61,064 nt of DNA, filler included, from Ionaspis alba (GCA_964255285.1; 6 parts of 6 records of this genome joined end to end with filler, not necessarily neighbours in it); one strand, 5' to 3'; shown: positions 37,975-50,886, numbered from the whole stretch's first letter. Numbers and translations are program-made. The notes: generated from the sequence alone by a model not told the origin.

Positions 37975-40294
37975 ATGGTAAGTCATCCCCGAGCAACTCG
38001 ATATGCCGAGCAAGGAGGCCTGGTCTGATATGTGTAGGCCTACACCGCACCTGCTTCACACCCTACCAGGGCAGAGATGTACCCGAAAGGGCAGGGTCAG
38101 CATGTGTTTCCGCCAAGGACATCGAGGCATCGGCCGAACACCGAGACATACGAGACAGAGTTTGAAGAAGATCTCAGTGACTTTGAAGAGTACTCGGGAC
38201 GTCGCAGTGAAGACTCGGTAGGCCAATTGTCTCTGACCCAAGGATGACCAGAAACTAATTTCAAGGTAGTCGGGAAAGCAGAGTGATACCACGTTATCGT
38301 CCTTCGATGAGCTACGAACACCTAACACGACCTCCAATGACTTCGAGGGCTTCAACTTCCAACTGGAAGACCATCCACTGCCCAAGAAACCCGTCGAGGG
38401 ACCCAGTGGACCCCACCTTTTCCGCATGTCCCAAGAGTCGTCGCGAGACATAGACTTCTATCTCTCCATGTCTCCACCTATTTCCCCTGAAGTGCCACGG
38501 GCTGGTCCCGTACCTCAGGTTCAAAGGCGCTCTGAGGCTCCAGTGGAAGCTCCACTAAATAGTAGTGTACCGCTGCACACTTGGACTCCACGGCAGGTTG
38601 CTGAATGGATGCACGCGACTGGTTTCGAGCGTTCTATCATCGAGCAATTTTTTATTAATGACATCTCCGGTACCACCCTCATTGACCTTCAATACGACGA
38701 TCTGAAGGAGCTTGGCATCACTTCATTTGGCCACCGCCATCGACTATGGAACGAGATCCGGGCACTAAAAGGAAAGAGTCTTTGCTCTGTCCCTCCAACT
38801 CCTGCCGCGGAAGAGCCATGCTTTTCGCCTGTCCTACCGAGGCAGGAGAGTTCACGCGAAACGTTGTCCAGGAAATGCTCAAGTCCAGATACGCCGGAGG
38901 CCGACCAAGTACGCTCTCCTCGACATGCGCGGAGAGCTCGAAGATCCGATGATGTTATCTCTCCGGCGGAATCAGCGTCAATCGTTGCCATTGAGCAACT
39001 TCTTCCTAAGCCGCACAAATGTTCCAAGGGTGAGAATTGCTCAAAATGGCAGAAACAGCAGCGAAAGCTCGCCAAGATCGCAACAGAATTTCCCATAGAG
39101 TTACAGCAAATCACCAATGCCCACGGCTCGCCCACAGAATCGGGGATCGGAGCAGCCTCCGTCGTCGTGCCGTCAATTGTTGCTTCCTCAGATCTACTCG
39201 GCCCAGCACAACAACCGCCCGTTCGCCTAGAAGAGAATGCTCTCAAAGTTGTCCAATCACGGGATCCGCAGGAGAATGTCCGTCAATTCCTCGACTTCCA
39301 GCATCTTCGTGAAGCACCAGAGGAGCCACCGACTCCACCATACGAAATGTTCCCGCCACTGTCGCCACCAAAGGCACAAGCGCCACACAGCAACCTCCGC
39401 ACTCTGCCCAAGCTTACAATACCCATGGCCCCGGCCTTTGATCCCGCATCGCCCAACCGTACCGCCGTACCCACTCGCCGTAACGTGCCAGTCTCCGCGA
39501 CCATGGACGTGCGAGACCAAGACCCATACCAAGACATCTGGCGGATCAACAGTCCCGCCTCCGAGATGGACGTCCCCGTTACAGCCATCCCCCTCGGCCC
39601 CATCGAGCGCGACGTCTCATCGTCCGTACCACCAGACATGCGCTACGGCGGCGGGATCTCCATCCCACGTTCCTCCTCCCGCGCCGAGCACCGCCGACCA
39701 CTCCCCAGCTTTAACAAGCCAATGCCAGTCACCTTCTCGCCCATCAAGCGGTCGACCTCCCACGCAGGCCACAGACGCCAGCCCAGCTTCGCCATGGCCC
39801 GCGTCGAAGAGATCCAAACCTCCACTCCCACCGAAGACCTCACCCCCACCACCATCGACGACATCAGTCGCGCAGGCTGGATGAAGAAGCGCAAGACGCG
39901 CATGCTGAGACACGAGTGGCAGGAAAACCATTTCCGTCTCAACGGCACCAAGCTCGCCATGCACAAAGACGAGAAGACGGCCGACGCCCTCGAGTACATC
40001 GACGTGGACGACTATGCCGTTGCGTGCGGCACCCAGGCCAGCTCGGGGAAGCTCAAGTCGGCGTTTAAGAGGCTGAATATCAATGCCAAGGATAAGGAGG
40101 TCGATGTCGCGGCTTATGGGTTCCATCTTGTGCCGTCGGCGGAGCGGAAGGGTGTGCTGCATGCGGCGAATGGGAAGACGCATCATTTTGCTGTGAAGAC
40201 GGGGAATGAGCGGTGTGATTGGATGAGGGATTTGATGCTTGCGAAGGCGCTGAAGGATAAGAAGGGGGGGGATGTCGTGCACTCTTCGTTTTGA
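37975..40294 (+). CDS. SAM- and PH-domain protein; first coding exon is the ATG alone (introns 37978-38037 and ~38218-38269)
   Basis: M|AYTAPASHPTRAEMYPKG...RRSEDS|SGKQSDTTLSSFDE joins ORF 38426-40294. SAM: WTPRQVAEWM...FFINDISGTTLIDLQYDDLKELGITSFGHRHRL. PH: RAGWMKKRKTRMLRHEWQENHF...HHFAVKTGNERCDWMRDL. Confidence 0.85.
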
Positions 40295-40707
40295 TTTTCA
40301 ATTTTTTGCTTTCATTCTTTCTTCTTTTGTCTTGTTCTTGGCAGAGAGACAGGGACAGATGGATGGGAAAATGGAGAGGCTTTTTGCATAGCGATTTTTA
40401 GTTTTGTTTCGTTGATTGTTTTGACAACAGCAGCGGTAATCAAGTCACGCGGCGAACGACTCCTACTCTCCTTTTCTCCTTTTTCGGCGACGAGTCGCTT
40501 CGTGTTTTTGTTGCTATCGCGCTGTTTTGTGGATATGGCGGCATTATGATACCCACGGTAGCTACCTATGTAGATAGTTCCAGAACTCGAAGGAAAAATA
40601 CACATCTTGTTCTGCACCACTACCACATCTCCACCCTACATATCCTCGTATCTATAAGCCGCAACCGCCAAGGCCTATGTGATCCCTCGATCGCCCCCAA
40701 CGTGTGC

Positions 40708-40807
40708 NNNNNNNNNNNNNNNNNNNNNNNNNNNNNNNNNNNNNNNNNNNNTTAATTAATTAANNNNNNNNNNNNNNNNNNNNNNNNNNNNNNNNNNNNN
40801 NNNNNNN
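40708..40807. other. Assembly linker gap (N44-TTAATTAATTAA-N44)
   Basis: Literal N run with spacer. Confidence 0.97.
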
Positions 40808-42972
40808 CTCGAATGATCCAGAAATGAGTGATGTTCCACATCCGGAGAAGAGATATTCGACGGCGCACCCACCACTGGTCTCGCAAAATTAATATGTGGC
40901 GATTGCAACGCCGACACCGGTTCACCCTGAGTGGGACTAGAATTGTCTCCGGGAGGCGACGGGAAAACCGACGGTGTTCCAGGGTAAGGATGAGAAATAC
41001 GATGATTGAGATCCGACCGTGGCATTGGAATATGCATATGACCACGCGACAACGACGACGACGGACTGGAAGCTTCAAGATACGTGCCCCCATGACCCAG
41101 ACCCTCATAAGTAGCAGACGACCGTGTCCTGCTGCGTCTGGAACCCGACGAAAACGAATGATGATCCTGTGGTTCGGGACTCGGCATCTCTGCTCTGGTT
41201 CCCAAATCTCCGACCAGTTCAACGGGCTCTCCATGCAGGACATCGGAGGGCTGGATGTCGCCGGGGGTGGGTGTATATATCTGTGTTCCATCGAGCTCGC
41301 GAGAACCAACGACGGTGTGCTTCGAGTTTGGTGCATCCCGTTTGGAGCCATGAGGTGTGATAGAGAAGTAGTCGTCGTCCTTGGGCACATTTGGAAGCTC
41401 GACGGGCAGGTGCTCCTTTTTGGCCTTTTGACGTTTCTTGCGGCAGATGTAGAGGATTGCTATGGTGGGTAAGAGTATCGCGATGGCAAGGACACCTATG
41501 GCGATTCCCGCAATGGCTGAGGTCTGCAGGCCATGAGAGCCATCAGCAGAGCCAGCTACGGCAGTCGAAGAGCTTGAACTCCCTGTCGCTGTTGAGGATC
41601 CATCGAGTCCGGTGAGTGTGCCGGAGTTGGCGCTATCCTTGGATGGGATGGCGATGATATGGGCAGGTTTGTTGGACGACCAATCGCATTGCGAGATGGA
41701 GAAGTTGCTGTACTCATAGTTCACGATGAGGAAACTAGAGAGAGATCAGTGGTTTTTTGCTGAGATCACTACACAGGCTTTCACTTACGCTTCTTGAAGG
41801 AATGTCCGGCCCAGTGTGTACTGATCTGGCCGATTGGCTTGTCGGAGAGGAAAGTACTTGGTAGGTGTGTCCGTCTGCGGGGGTAGAAGTTCGAGATCAA
41901 AGCTGGAATAGGGTAGATTTATATTGACAGATGATCCTCCAGAAGTAGTCGCGCCGATCTGGAAGGTCACACTGGCATTCTTTTTGATATTGAGATCATG
42001 TTGTTGATCGCTGATAGTGTAGCGCAATTGCGCTGCGTTCCATGTCAATCCAAAAGCCTTTTGAACCTTGTCGCAAGCGTCTGTGGGCAGCCATATATGT
42101 GGAAGGGTCGAGTCAATGAATGATTGGATTCCGTCACTGAGGAGCTCGGTCGACGGTGTGTCGGAGTCTGAATAGTTGATCGACTGTATGCCAACGACGA
42201 GGTCACGCTCGGGAGCCGCAGCAAAATTGATCGACAAGTCGTTGGGAGTGAACCTTGATACATCATAACCTCCGAGTGTCAGACTCCCCAAGGTGTTATC
42301 ACCTGTGATATTAGTTGATGGTTCGATCGACAGTAAAGGTCCAACGTACGATAGGATGCTCCTGCAGTGTACCCGTACGACAGACTAGGAATCTTTTTCT
42401 GGTCTCTTAGAGAAGTGAGGAAGCTTGTTTGTGTGCCATTGTCATAAGCAGACGCCCTCGCAGCAAGCCCTAGATTGCCCAGCCAAAAATCCTGCCTTGC
42501 TAGTGCCAAGACAACCTGATGTTCCAAGGTGAGAGGTTCAGCGCCTTGAGCCTGGATTCCAACTGTATCATATCCAACCTGGCCACCTCCTGCGTTCGGG
42601 TCGACATCTATGTTTTCCAACTCTACTATGGACCAAGTGCCAAGATCCTTCCAGGTTGATGATGATTTGTTGCTGAAAGTCCCACCACGAGATTCTTCAC
42701 AATTGGGCACGCTTTGGGAACCACATCCAGATTTGATCACAACCCATGTTTCTGGTAGGAAAGTCGAAGGGAATACCCGCACACTCACAGGCGGATTGCC
42801 GACCCTCAGGGAGAAAGTTGACCATTGCCCGTCGGTGCCATCACTGTCGATAGACAACGGAGGTTAGTAAAGATGTGAGCGATAAGGATATAGGAAACAA
42901 TAGCGTTGTCGTGGGAGAGCATTACAAGTTCTTGGTCGGCAGCACCACCACCGGTGCAGGATCCACACCCAT
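40808..42972 (-). CDS. Pepsin-fold (A1 aspartic protease-like) single-pass membrane protein with degenerate catalytic motifs; 3 introns; 3' end missing, 5' start uncertain
   Basis: PAPVVVLPTKN|FDGTDGQWSTFSLRVGNPP; FWLGNLGL; KIPSLSYGYTAGASY; GSLTLGGYD; FIDSTLPHIWLP; YTLGRTFLQEA|FLIVNYE; Ser/Thr linker; TM AIAGIAIGVLAIAILLPTIAILYI followed by RKKRQK. Confidence 0.85.
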
Positions 42973-44653
42973 ATTTCCCCACGAACAACAGCAGGCTGAC
43001 GACTAAAACGATAAATGTAGAAGGTGAAGCTCCACTGTATTCTCCCAAGTCATTCCAAACGCGATCAACGAGAGTTATGTTTCTAAACAATGAAACAGAG
43101 TTACAGAGTACATGAGAAACGCAGATCTTGTCTAATCATCCTTCTGTCGCAGCCGCGAGACGAGCACCCGCGATTATATCAACGGCTGGCAGAAGCGGCA
43201 CTTGGAAAGAAGAACAAGGCCGCAAAGGATTCATGCAGCTTATGCGATAAGTCATGCTCGAGATGGTTGCGAGCGATTACTACTGGTTGGTGTGGTGCAG
43301 GGAAATAGCACCGTTCACGACATAGCCCTACTCGAAGGCAAGTAGGCAATTCGGCGAAGGTGACGACTGGTAGTGTTGATCAGCGCCGACCTTCTAGATC
43401 GAAAGATCGGCGAAATCACGCTCTTTGGCTGGGAAACCAAGAACGTGGATAGCGGCATGCAGGAAGGATGAGTTCATCCACACCTTGCAGCTTCCTCCAA
43501 CCTGTCGGCGAGTCATCGTACGTCTCTCGAGGAAGGATGGTGGCACGAAGGAAGCAATTGGGAGGATGTGGGAGGGCATGGCCCCAAGCTTATGCTTTGG
43601 GTCATCGAGCTATTTCAATCCGAGTAAGGTGCGGAAAGGTGGGGTCGATCCTGGCACCCCGCGATTCGCTAGAACTCGACCTCCCCGATCTCTAAGCTCG
43701 ACTTTGGTGCCCCCAACCTCATCCCTCCATCATCCCATCAAATCATTCCACCGCCTGCGCTGTACCGTACACCGGTGCTTCGTCGTCGTGCCACTATGCT
43801 TTCAAGCCAGTGACTGCCAATGCTCGTGGCTGCATATCTACCTCCGGAGCCAACAACAGCGTGCTTGGGCTGCGTCGTTCAACGGCTCGATAGCGCTCCG
43901 CTTCCCGCACTGATCATTGAGTCGCCGTGCGTTCTCTCAAGCCTATCCCGACGTGCATGCAGAGAAGTCGACGCGGGTCCGCACTGCTTGCTTTTTGCCT
44001 GTGCAACCACCGTCAAAGCGAAAAGCAAAAAAATGCTCTGGCTTATCCGCCATCCGCCCTGTCCGAGTTGGGGACAGGATGGCTGGGAAGATGCGCTGGA
44101 AGCTGGCGGATGGGGATGAAGGATTCTGTGATTAATGCCAGGAACGGACTCTCACTTGGTAAGAGTGCGACCTCGTGTCCAGACAGGATGAGTAGTCCTC
44201 GCAAATGGGATTGGTGATGCTGACCACTCCGGTAGTGCAAATCCTGCCATCCTTGGCCTAAGGCGGAAGCTCGCACTCGTCCCACTCCATTATGGCGTAC
44301 AGCCTCTTCAAGCGGACCGATAATACCTCTTGAGCCGATGGCCGACAGCTCCCATGCCGGCTTTTCAGCCTCGTCGTATGTGGACCTGGACAGTCAGGCC
44401 TTGTTGGCCTCGGAGGTATAGCTTGGGCAGAGCTTACCGCCAATCACCGATCGTCCGTCTACGTAGGCATTGAGGAGTACCTGATTCCACCATGCTGATC
44501 TCTGACTCGGAATGGTAAAGACCCCCGAGGTCTGATAGTGGGTCTCTCTTCCTACATACATAACGCTTTTCTCGTCACTCTTCCTGCGATCTGGAGCTCC
44601 TTAGGGCATCGTTGACTATACACAGCACACATACGTTGTTTACGAAACCGACA

Positions 44654-45928
44654 ATGGGTCCACACTCGTTTGCACTCCTCGCCGTGATCATTGCACAGCT
44701 ATGCGCAGGCGCGCCGCAACGTGAGGCTAAGTTATGCAGCCTTGGCTTTTGGAGGGGTCCACTAACCTCTGAATTTGTGCAGAGCCCGCACAACTTGCGC
44801 CTGCCACTACTGAAGCTTCAAATGGTTGCAGTGGCTGCTATGTTGTCGCCGACGTAGCAGGCGTTGTTTTTGGCGAGGAACTCCTCATTCAGACTCAGAC
44901 CGCAGTGCTGATTCGAAACTTCAACGTTTCCACCGTATCGCTCATACAAGGAACGGCGCAATTTTCGTTTGGTCTATCTGGCGTCCTGGGCCCTGGCATC
45001 ACGACTTTCCCTTTCAATTCAACATACGCAGTTGGTGGCGCTCTGCTGTAGGTCCAGCTTCCTTTATTTCGAGTATATGATCTGACTCTGGTTTAGTACC
45101 TCACCTACTGCATATGACGTATTCTCCGCATACTCGGTCACTTCTTCGTTTTCATCGGACGGAACATGTTTTACGAGCTCTGGAACCGCGATTACTCTGA
45201 GCACTGCGGTCAAGGTTGTGAGGCCAACTGGAACTGATGTAATAAACTTCCCGAAAATCGCTGAAACGAGCTTTATCAGAGCGGTGGGCTTAAGCTGTAG
45301 TGCCGGTGGCCAAAACCTCGTTCGGACGACCGTTTCCATGTTCTCAATTCTCACTATTACTTCGACGAGTACGAATGGGCCCTCACGGATACCAAATCTT
45401 GCCGGAAGCACCACCACCGCATCTGCAGGACAAACCACCTCTGTGGCGCCTTCAACAACCACCACCACAACAGCTACCTCAACAACTACGAATCCCCCAA
45501 CATCCTCAGAGTCCTCAAGCACTGTAAGCTCCAAACCATTACCTACTTCTGTTTTGAGTCCATCTTCGTCGGCGACTCCTTCAGAGAGCGCGGCGCCTTT
45601 TCTGGTCTCTTCTTCCGCCGGTGGATCTCCTTCTCTCTCGAGTGAAGCTTCTTCTTCGGGGTCGTCTAGCTCACCAGAGTCCACACAGGCTACACTGTTC
45701 ACACCCAGCCCGGTTGTTATCAGTGGCACCACTGTGACAACCAAGGTGTCAGTCGGAACGGTCATCATTGTCGGGAATGCCACGTTCTTGCCAAGCGGAA
45801 CGGGCACTTTTCCAACTATCACTCCCTTCAAAGGTCAGGCAGCAACTTGGCGGTCGAGCATTGCGAGTTCGTGGTTGCTGTGGGGAACTGGATTTCTGAG
45901 CACATTGTTGGCTCTGATGGCTTTGTAA
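44654..45928 (+). CDS. Secreted Ser/Thr-rich, probably GPI-anchored cell-surface protein with a Cys-containing N-terminal domain; 2 introns
   Basis: Signal MGPHSFALLAVIIAQLCAG; NGCSGCYVVADVAGVVFG; long S/T stalk; GPI-like tail PFKGQAATWRSSIASSWLLWGTGFLSTLLALMAL*. Confidence 0.78.
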
Positions 45929-48155
45929 AAAAAAAAACCTTCTGTGCATTTCGACCGGACTTAGATGACGGATATGATTGGGCAAAGGATTTTTGGATAT
46001 ATGGGATGGACCTGGCTGAACACTACGGCTGGCTAGCACCTGCTACTTACTCTAATTCTAATACCTCTATTATACCCCCTGGAAACGTGGTTTGGATATA
46101 TATTTAAGGCAGGAATTATTCTTCCTTTCTCATCCACGCGGACGTTTCTGAATTTCAGATGATTTATCATGTCCTGTAGTCTATCGCACAAGTCGTCTCG
46201 AGAACGAAGGATCCGAAGGCTCTACGAATCTGTCGGAGCTGAAGGCCAGAAATTGATATGTTTGCTAGCAGCGGGCTCGGAAGAATCCTCCTCGCTGATG
46301 CCTCGCAATCGATCTTAGTCCGATCCTGGCCACGTGGGGACCCCCAATTCTCCATGCCAGGCACACACACACGGCATGACCATTCCTATCAACCTCATGG
46401 ACAAAGCTACGGAATTCCTCATTTCATTTCGCAAGCACTTGGAGGATCAGCTCAAAATCGCAATTGCGGCTCCATTTTTGATTTGCCAGTCTCTCGCCAC
46501 TTTCCCCAGAGTGATTCAACCCCTCTCCTTGTGTCACCGCTCTGCTGTCCCGACCTCTTACCGGCCCCATCGTTCCCCTTTCGAGGTCATGCACTCTGCG
46601 TAGGATGCATGAACATGGCTGTCGATCGGTCCGTGTTCGGAAGTGTATAGGTGATCTATTTGAACCGTTAGGGTTCGGCCGGGAGATCATGACTCAACGG
46701 GGTCGCAGGCGCAAGTCTTCATATATTTTGCTTTATTGGAGCCGCATTGTCATGCTTGGTCTGACTGCCGTGGATGAGTGATGCGCTCCTGTCTGATGGC
46801 CTTCTTGTTTGGTGCTACGATAGTTGTCAAGTCTATGGTACAGATGATCTGCTGTTGAGGTTTGGCCCTTGAGGCCTAGCCAACGAGGTCTTTTGTGAGA
46901 GTTATCCTTCTCTTTTCCTGAGAAAGCTTTTAAGTTTGTTCGGGTTTGGAGACCGAATTGCACGCATTGTCGATCTTATCAACAGTGGGAGCGCACAAAC
47001 GCCACAATAGCTTCTCGCCCTCTGATTCAGCGCGTTCACAATGTCCTCTTTCTATCTCATGCCTTTGGCTATCCTAGCTCTGAGGAGCAAGCATTCATGT
47101 ATAAATCCGTACTCCGAGCTCCCTTCTTGGCTTTCATATGCCTCCGTTTGAGTGCCGTGAGTGCCGAGGCAATTGATGCTGGGTGTTGAAGCTACATACA
47201 ACAGTACCTACAATCTGGGAGACTCATTGGCCCGTTGGCTGCAGAAAACTACCTGGCCCTAAACTCGCCTTGAAGGGCTACGGACGTTAATCCAATAAGT
47301 GATCAACAAGCTCTAGACTCCGCATATCTCACTGGAAGTTTCAAGGACCGTCCAGCGTCAAACCATAAACTTGGTGAACCGCCCAATGACGTTGCTAAGC
47401 ACTGACGCGAGAAGCAGCAAAGTATCAAGCATCGGGTATCGCGCTCATGCCAACCTGCATTCTTGTCTTGAACCTATGCAAGACTGTAGTCCAGAGGCTT
47501 AAGGATGATCTTTGCAGGCTGATTCGTGGCATGTGTGATCAACACCGGCTCTGGCTGAACCCTCGGTGCAAATGCTGGAACATCCATCTCGAATATTCGA
47601 CAACCCTCCTAGTGAGCCTATCAGAACCCAGGCTGTCAATCAAGCATGCTGTTCGTGTCTGACCGTTCATTTCCAAGAGGACTACCTCAGTTGGTCTTCA
47701 TCAATCCAAGTGCACAACGCAATCTACAAACGGGTCTCCCGAGCACGAGGTTTGAACTGATGGGCTGAAGCATGCAAGCCAAGGACATTGGAAAACGACG
47801 GGGAGTATCATGTGAGTGGCTGACTTTCTTCGCAGACACAGTGGAGATCCGAATTCCAGGCGTGGAAGTGCACGGCGTAAGTTTTCGAATCGTTTGTAAC
47901 AGAAAGACAGCATGCATTGGGGCGGGGGGACGTGCAACAACATTGTATTCTGATAGACGTCCGACTTAGGCTCTCAAGGGTGCAAATCAGGCAATGATGG
48001 ACATTAGTGGAATGAACTGCCCAATGAATGTGTGTCGTATTTACTGACCTCCAATACTCTTTCTTACCAACTTTATCTACTGCGGAGAATATTTAGACGA
48101 AAATCCTTCCGGGAGGCTCTGCTCTATGAACCGGGTCGGACTACACTCCAACTTA

Positions 48156-48255
48156 NNNNNNNNNNNNNNNNNNNNNNNNNNNNNNNNNNNNNNNNNNNNN
48201 NNNNNNNNNNNNNNNNNNNNNNNNNNNNNNNNNNNNNNNNNNNNNNNNNNNNNNN
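48156..48255. other. Intra-scaffold gap (100 N, no linker)
   Basis: Literal N run. Confidence 0.95.
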
Positions 48256-48630
48256 TACAGTGCCTCCGGGTATACCGGAGTTACGAGAGATCGGACTTAA
48301 CCACACCGAGCCGAAGGCTCAGCTACTATCTATGACGATGTTTGAGATTCATCAGCTCCGGAGATATCCGACAAGAGTTGTCCCTACAACTCGCCGTGTC
48401 GGTGTGAAGGTCACCGAGAGTTGCTTTGATCAGGCGTTCTTCCCTCAGATATATAACATGAAATCGATTTCTCGTTTTCTCATTTCGACTGATGCACTTA
48501 GGGCATATTCGTGCCTTGAAGCTGCTCTGATATTGAGTCTCCGACTCAGCCTCAAGCCTACTTGCTATATCAACATTTCAATTTGTTTGCAGCAAATCTC
48601 AATTGAAAGTGAACAAAACATTCACCCATC

Positions 48631-49677
48631 ATGTCCTCCGCTCAATCACCCCAGCATCTAGCCGCTATCGTCCCCTCGAAGGGTTCGCCTCTGGAGTTCA
48701 CTAAACGCCCAACTCCAACTCCAGGTCCCAATGAAGTTCTTGTCGAGGTGAAGTCCATCGCAATCAATCCCATCGACTACTACCAGGTAGTGCTCGGCTT
48801 CCCTCCCATTTCCTCTCCTGCCGTAGTAGGCTCTGACATTGGCGGCACCATCATCTCTGTGGGCTCCTCTGTCGACTCGAAAGAACTGAAACCAGGCAGC
48901 CGTGTGGCTGCCATGGCTCCAGCTTTCTTTAAACAGGGTGCGCCGGACTACGGGGCTTTCCAGGAAAAGGCCCTTGTCCCCGCAACCACTATAACACTAC
49001 TTCCTAACAGAATAAGCTTCAACGAGGCGAGCCTGCTTCCTATGGCAACCATCACGTCTTGGTTGGCCTTACATGTCATGGGCATTCCGACCGATTCGTC
49101 GTACAAAGCTCCCGCCAAGCACGTCATGCTGGTGTGGGGCGGTGCGAGTAGTATCGGCAGTGCCGGAATACAGATCGCAAAGTTGTTGGGATTCAAGGTT
49201 TACACAACAGCGAGTGAGAAGCAACATGAGTATCTGAAGAGTTTGGGGGCAGACAGAACTTTTGACTATAAGGCCAAGGATGTGGAAGAGAGCATCGTGA
49301 AAGCGGCAAAGGAGGATGGGCTGACGTTGCAGATGTGCTACGATGCAGTTGGTCAATTGCAGTCATGTATCAACATCTTGCAGCAATCGAAGGGAGAAGC
49401 GACCGCGAGGTTGGCGTCGGCCATTCCTTTGTCGGAGGATTCCCCGAAGGGAGAAGGGGTGGACATTCAATTCGTGAAGGCGCCAGATGATGTGGAGAAG
49501 AGCACGGAGGTGATTCATTTCGTGTTCCGGGTCTGGCTGAAGGAGAAGCTGGCCAAAGGAGAGTTTGTCCCGAGCCCAAAAATTCAGGTTGTTGATGGAG
49601 GCTTGAAGTCACTGCAGAAAGGATTGGATGAGTGGAGGAAAGGGGTTAGCGGGACGAAGATCGTGCTTGAGATCTGA
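48631..49677 (+). CDS. Medium-chain dehydrogenase/reductase, enoyl-reductase-like (ToxD/LovC-type), intronless
   Basis: EVLVEVKSIAINPIDY; GSDIGG; YGAFQE; LVWGGASSIGSAGIQIAK; LKSLGADRTFDYK; GVSGTKIV. Confidence 0.9.
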   Translation: MSSAQSPQHLAAIVPSKGSPLEFTKRPTPTPGPNEVLVEVKSIAINPIDYYQVVLGFPPISSPAVVGSDIGGTIISVGSSVDSKELKPGSRVAAMAPAFFKQGAPDYGAFQEKALVPATTITLLPNRISFNEASLLPMATITSWLALHVMGIPTDSSYKAPAKHVMLVWGGASSIGSAGIQIAKLLGFKVYTTASEKQHEYLKSLGADRTFDYKAKDVEESIVKAAKEDGLTLQMCYDAVGQLQSCINILQQSKGEATARLASAIPLSEDSPKGEGVDIQFVKAPDDVEKSTEVIHFVFRVWLKEKLAKGEFVPSPKIQVVDGGLKSLQKGLDEWRKGVSGTKIVLEI

Positions 49678-50035
49678 TTGGAATGCACGTCTAGCCTTGC
49701 TGATGCTAAAACGAGCGAATTGAAATGTTAGTAAGATTCGCTGAGGTTCAATGAGACACATACCAGATTGCCTGGCTGCTATAGATTTTCGCCGTAGGAT
49801 GCTTCACATTGCACATGAAACCATTAGCCACTATTTTCAAGAAGTACTGAGAAGCGATCTGGCAATCTAAAAGTATGATAGGATGACTCCTCCTCGAACA
49901 TGGCAGGGTGCGGGGCCAAAAGTCAGGAGACTGGAGCACAATCACGATGCTGCTGCAACCCGAGTATAGAAGCCTGGAGGAGAGCTAGAGTCTCCTTTTG
50001 AAGTGCCTTCAGCGCAAAGAAGTATGCAGCTTTTC

Positions 50036-50624
50036 CTATTCTCGTTGTATAACTACCATGACACCCATAAGCCCAAGCATGACTGTCTTGAGCCACGGAT
50101 GCTCCGACAATAATATTGTGACATAGCCCACAAACGGCACGTATCCTACCACGCTCCCAATCACATCTTTCGAGCGCTCGAGATAATCCTGACCTCTTGC
50201 GTATAATTCAGTATCATCGGCGACATTGTTGTCACCCTTCGTAAGTAGTCTCAATGGCTTTCCTCTGAACAAATATTCTGCAATCAGCCAGCTGAAGTGG
50301 AAACCCTCTTACGCGCAACGGATCAACTCACCCTCCTCCAAATCTCCTCACAACTCTGTGAACAATTGGAATGTCCTTCCCTCGGACATTGTATACCACG
50401 ATCTCTCCGATGCTCGTTTCCATCCCCCTGTTCCACAGCAGCAGTATGTCACCTCTCTGAAATGCAGGCTCCATGCTTCCAGACAGAACGACAACAATTG
50501 GCGATGAAGAGTTTGTGGCGACTGAGAGCCCTTTCCATAGCATGAAAGCTGTGGAGAGGATAAGGGCGAAGTTGAGGACTTGGGTAAGGAGCTGGCGCGG
50601 TTGAAGGTTGTTGAGGGCGAGCAT
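50036..50624 (-). CDS. SEC11: Signal peptidase complex catalytic subunit Sec11; intron 50265-50331
   Basis: [50 protein letters not shown]. Confidence 0.95.
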
Positions 50625-50886
50625 TGTAAAGGCACGGTCGGGACAATGCGTTGTGTTGGAGGTAGTGACACGCGCAGGGCGGGGCTCAAAGCGATAATGC
50701 TCGTTTGTGTAGCATAAGTAATGGAGGTTGCTATATGTAGAGTTTCTAGAACGACAGTTTGACGAGCGACGTTGCTTCAGAGCTGCAGATTATCTGCGCT
50801 AGGGCTGAGCACGAACTCAGGAATTTACGACGTCCAGGTACCCTTCAACAGCAAGCCGAATAAGAGGCTGCATCTGAAGCTATTGC

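Noticed and set aside
48631..49677. Enoyl-reductase-like MDR as a member of the terpene cluster
   Set aside because: It lies on a different scaffold, separated by SEC11 and an artificial linker, so the adjacency is not evidence.
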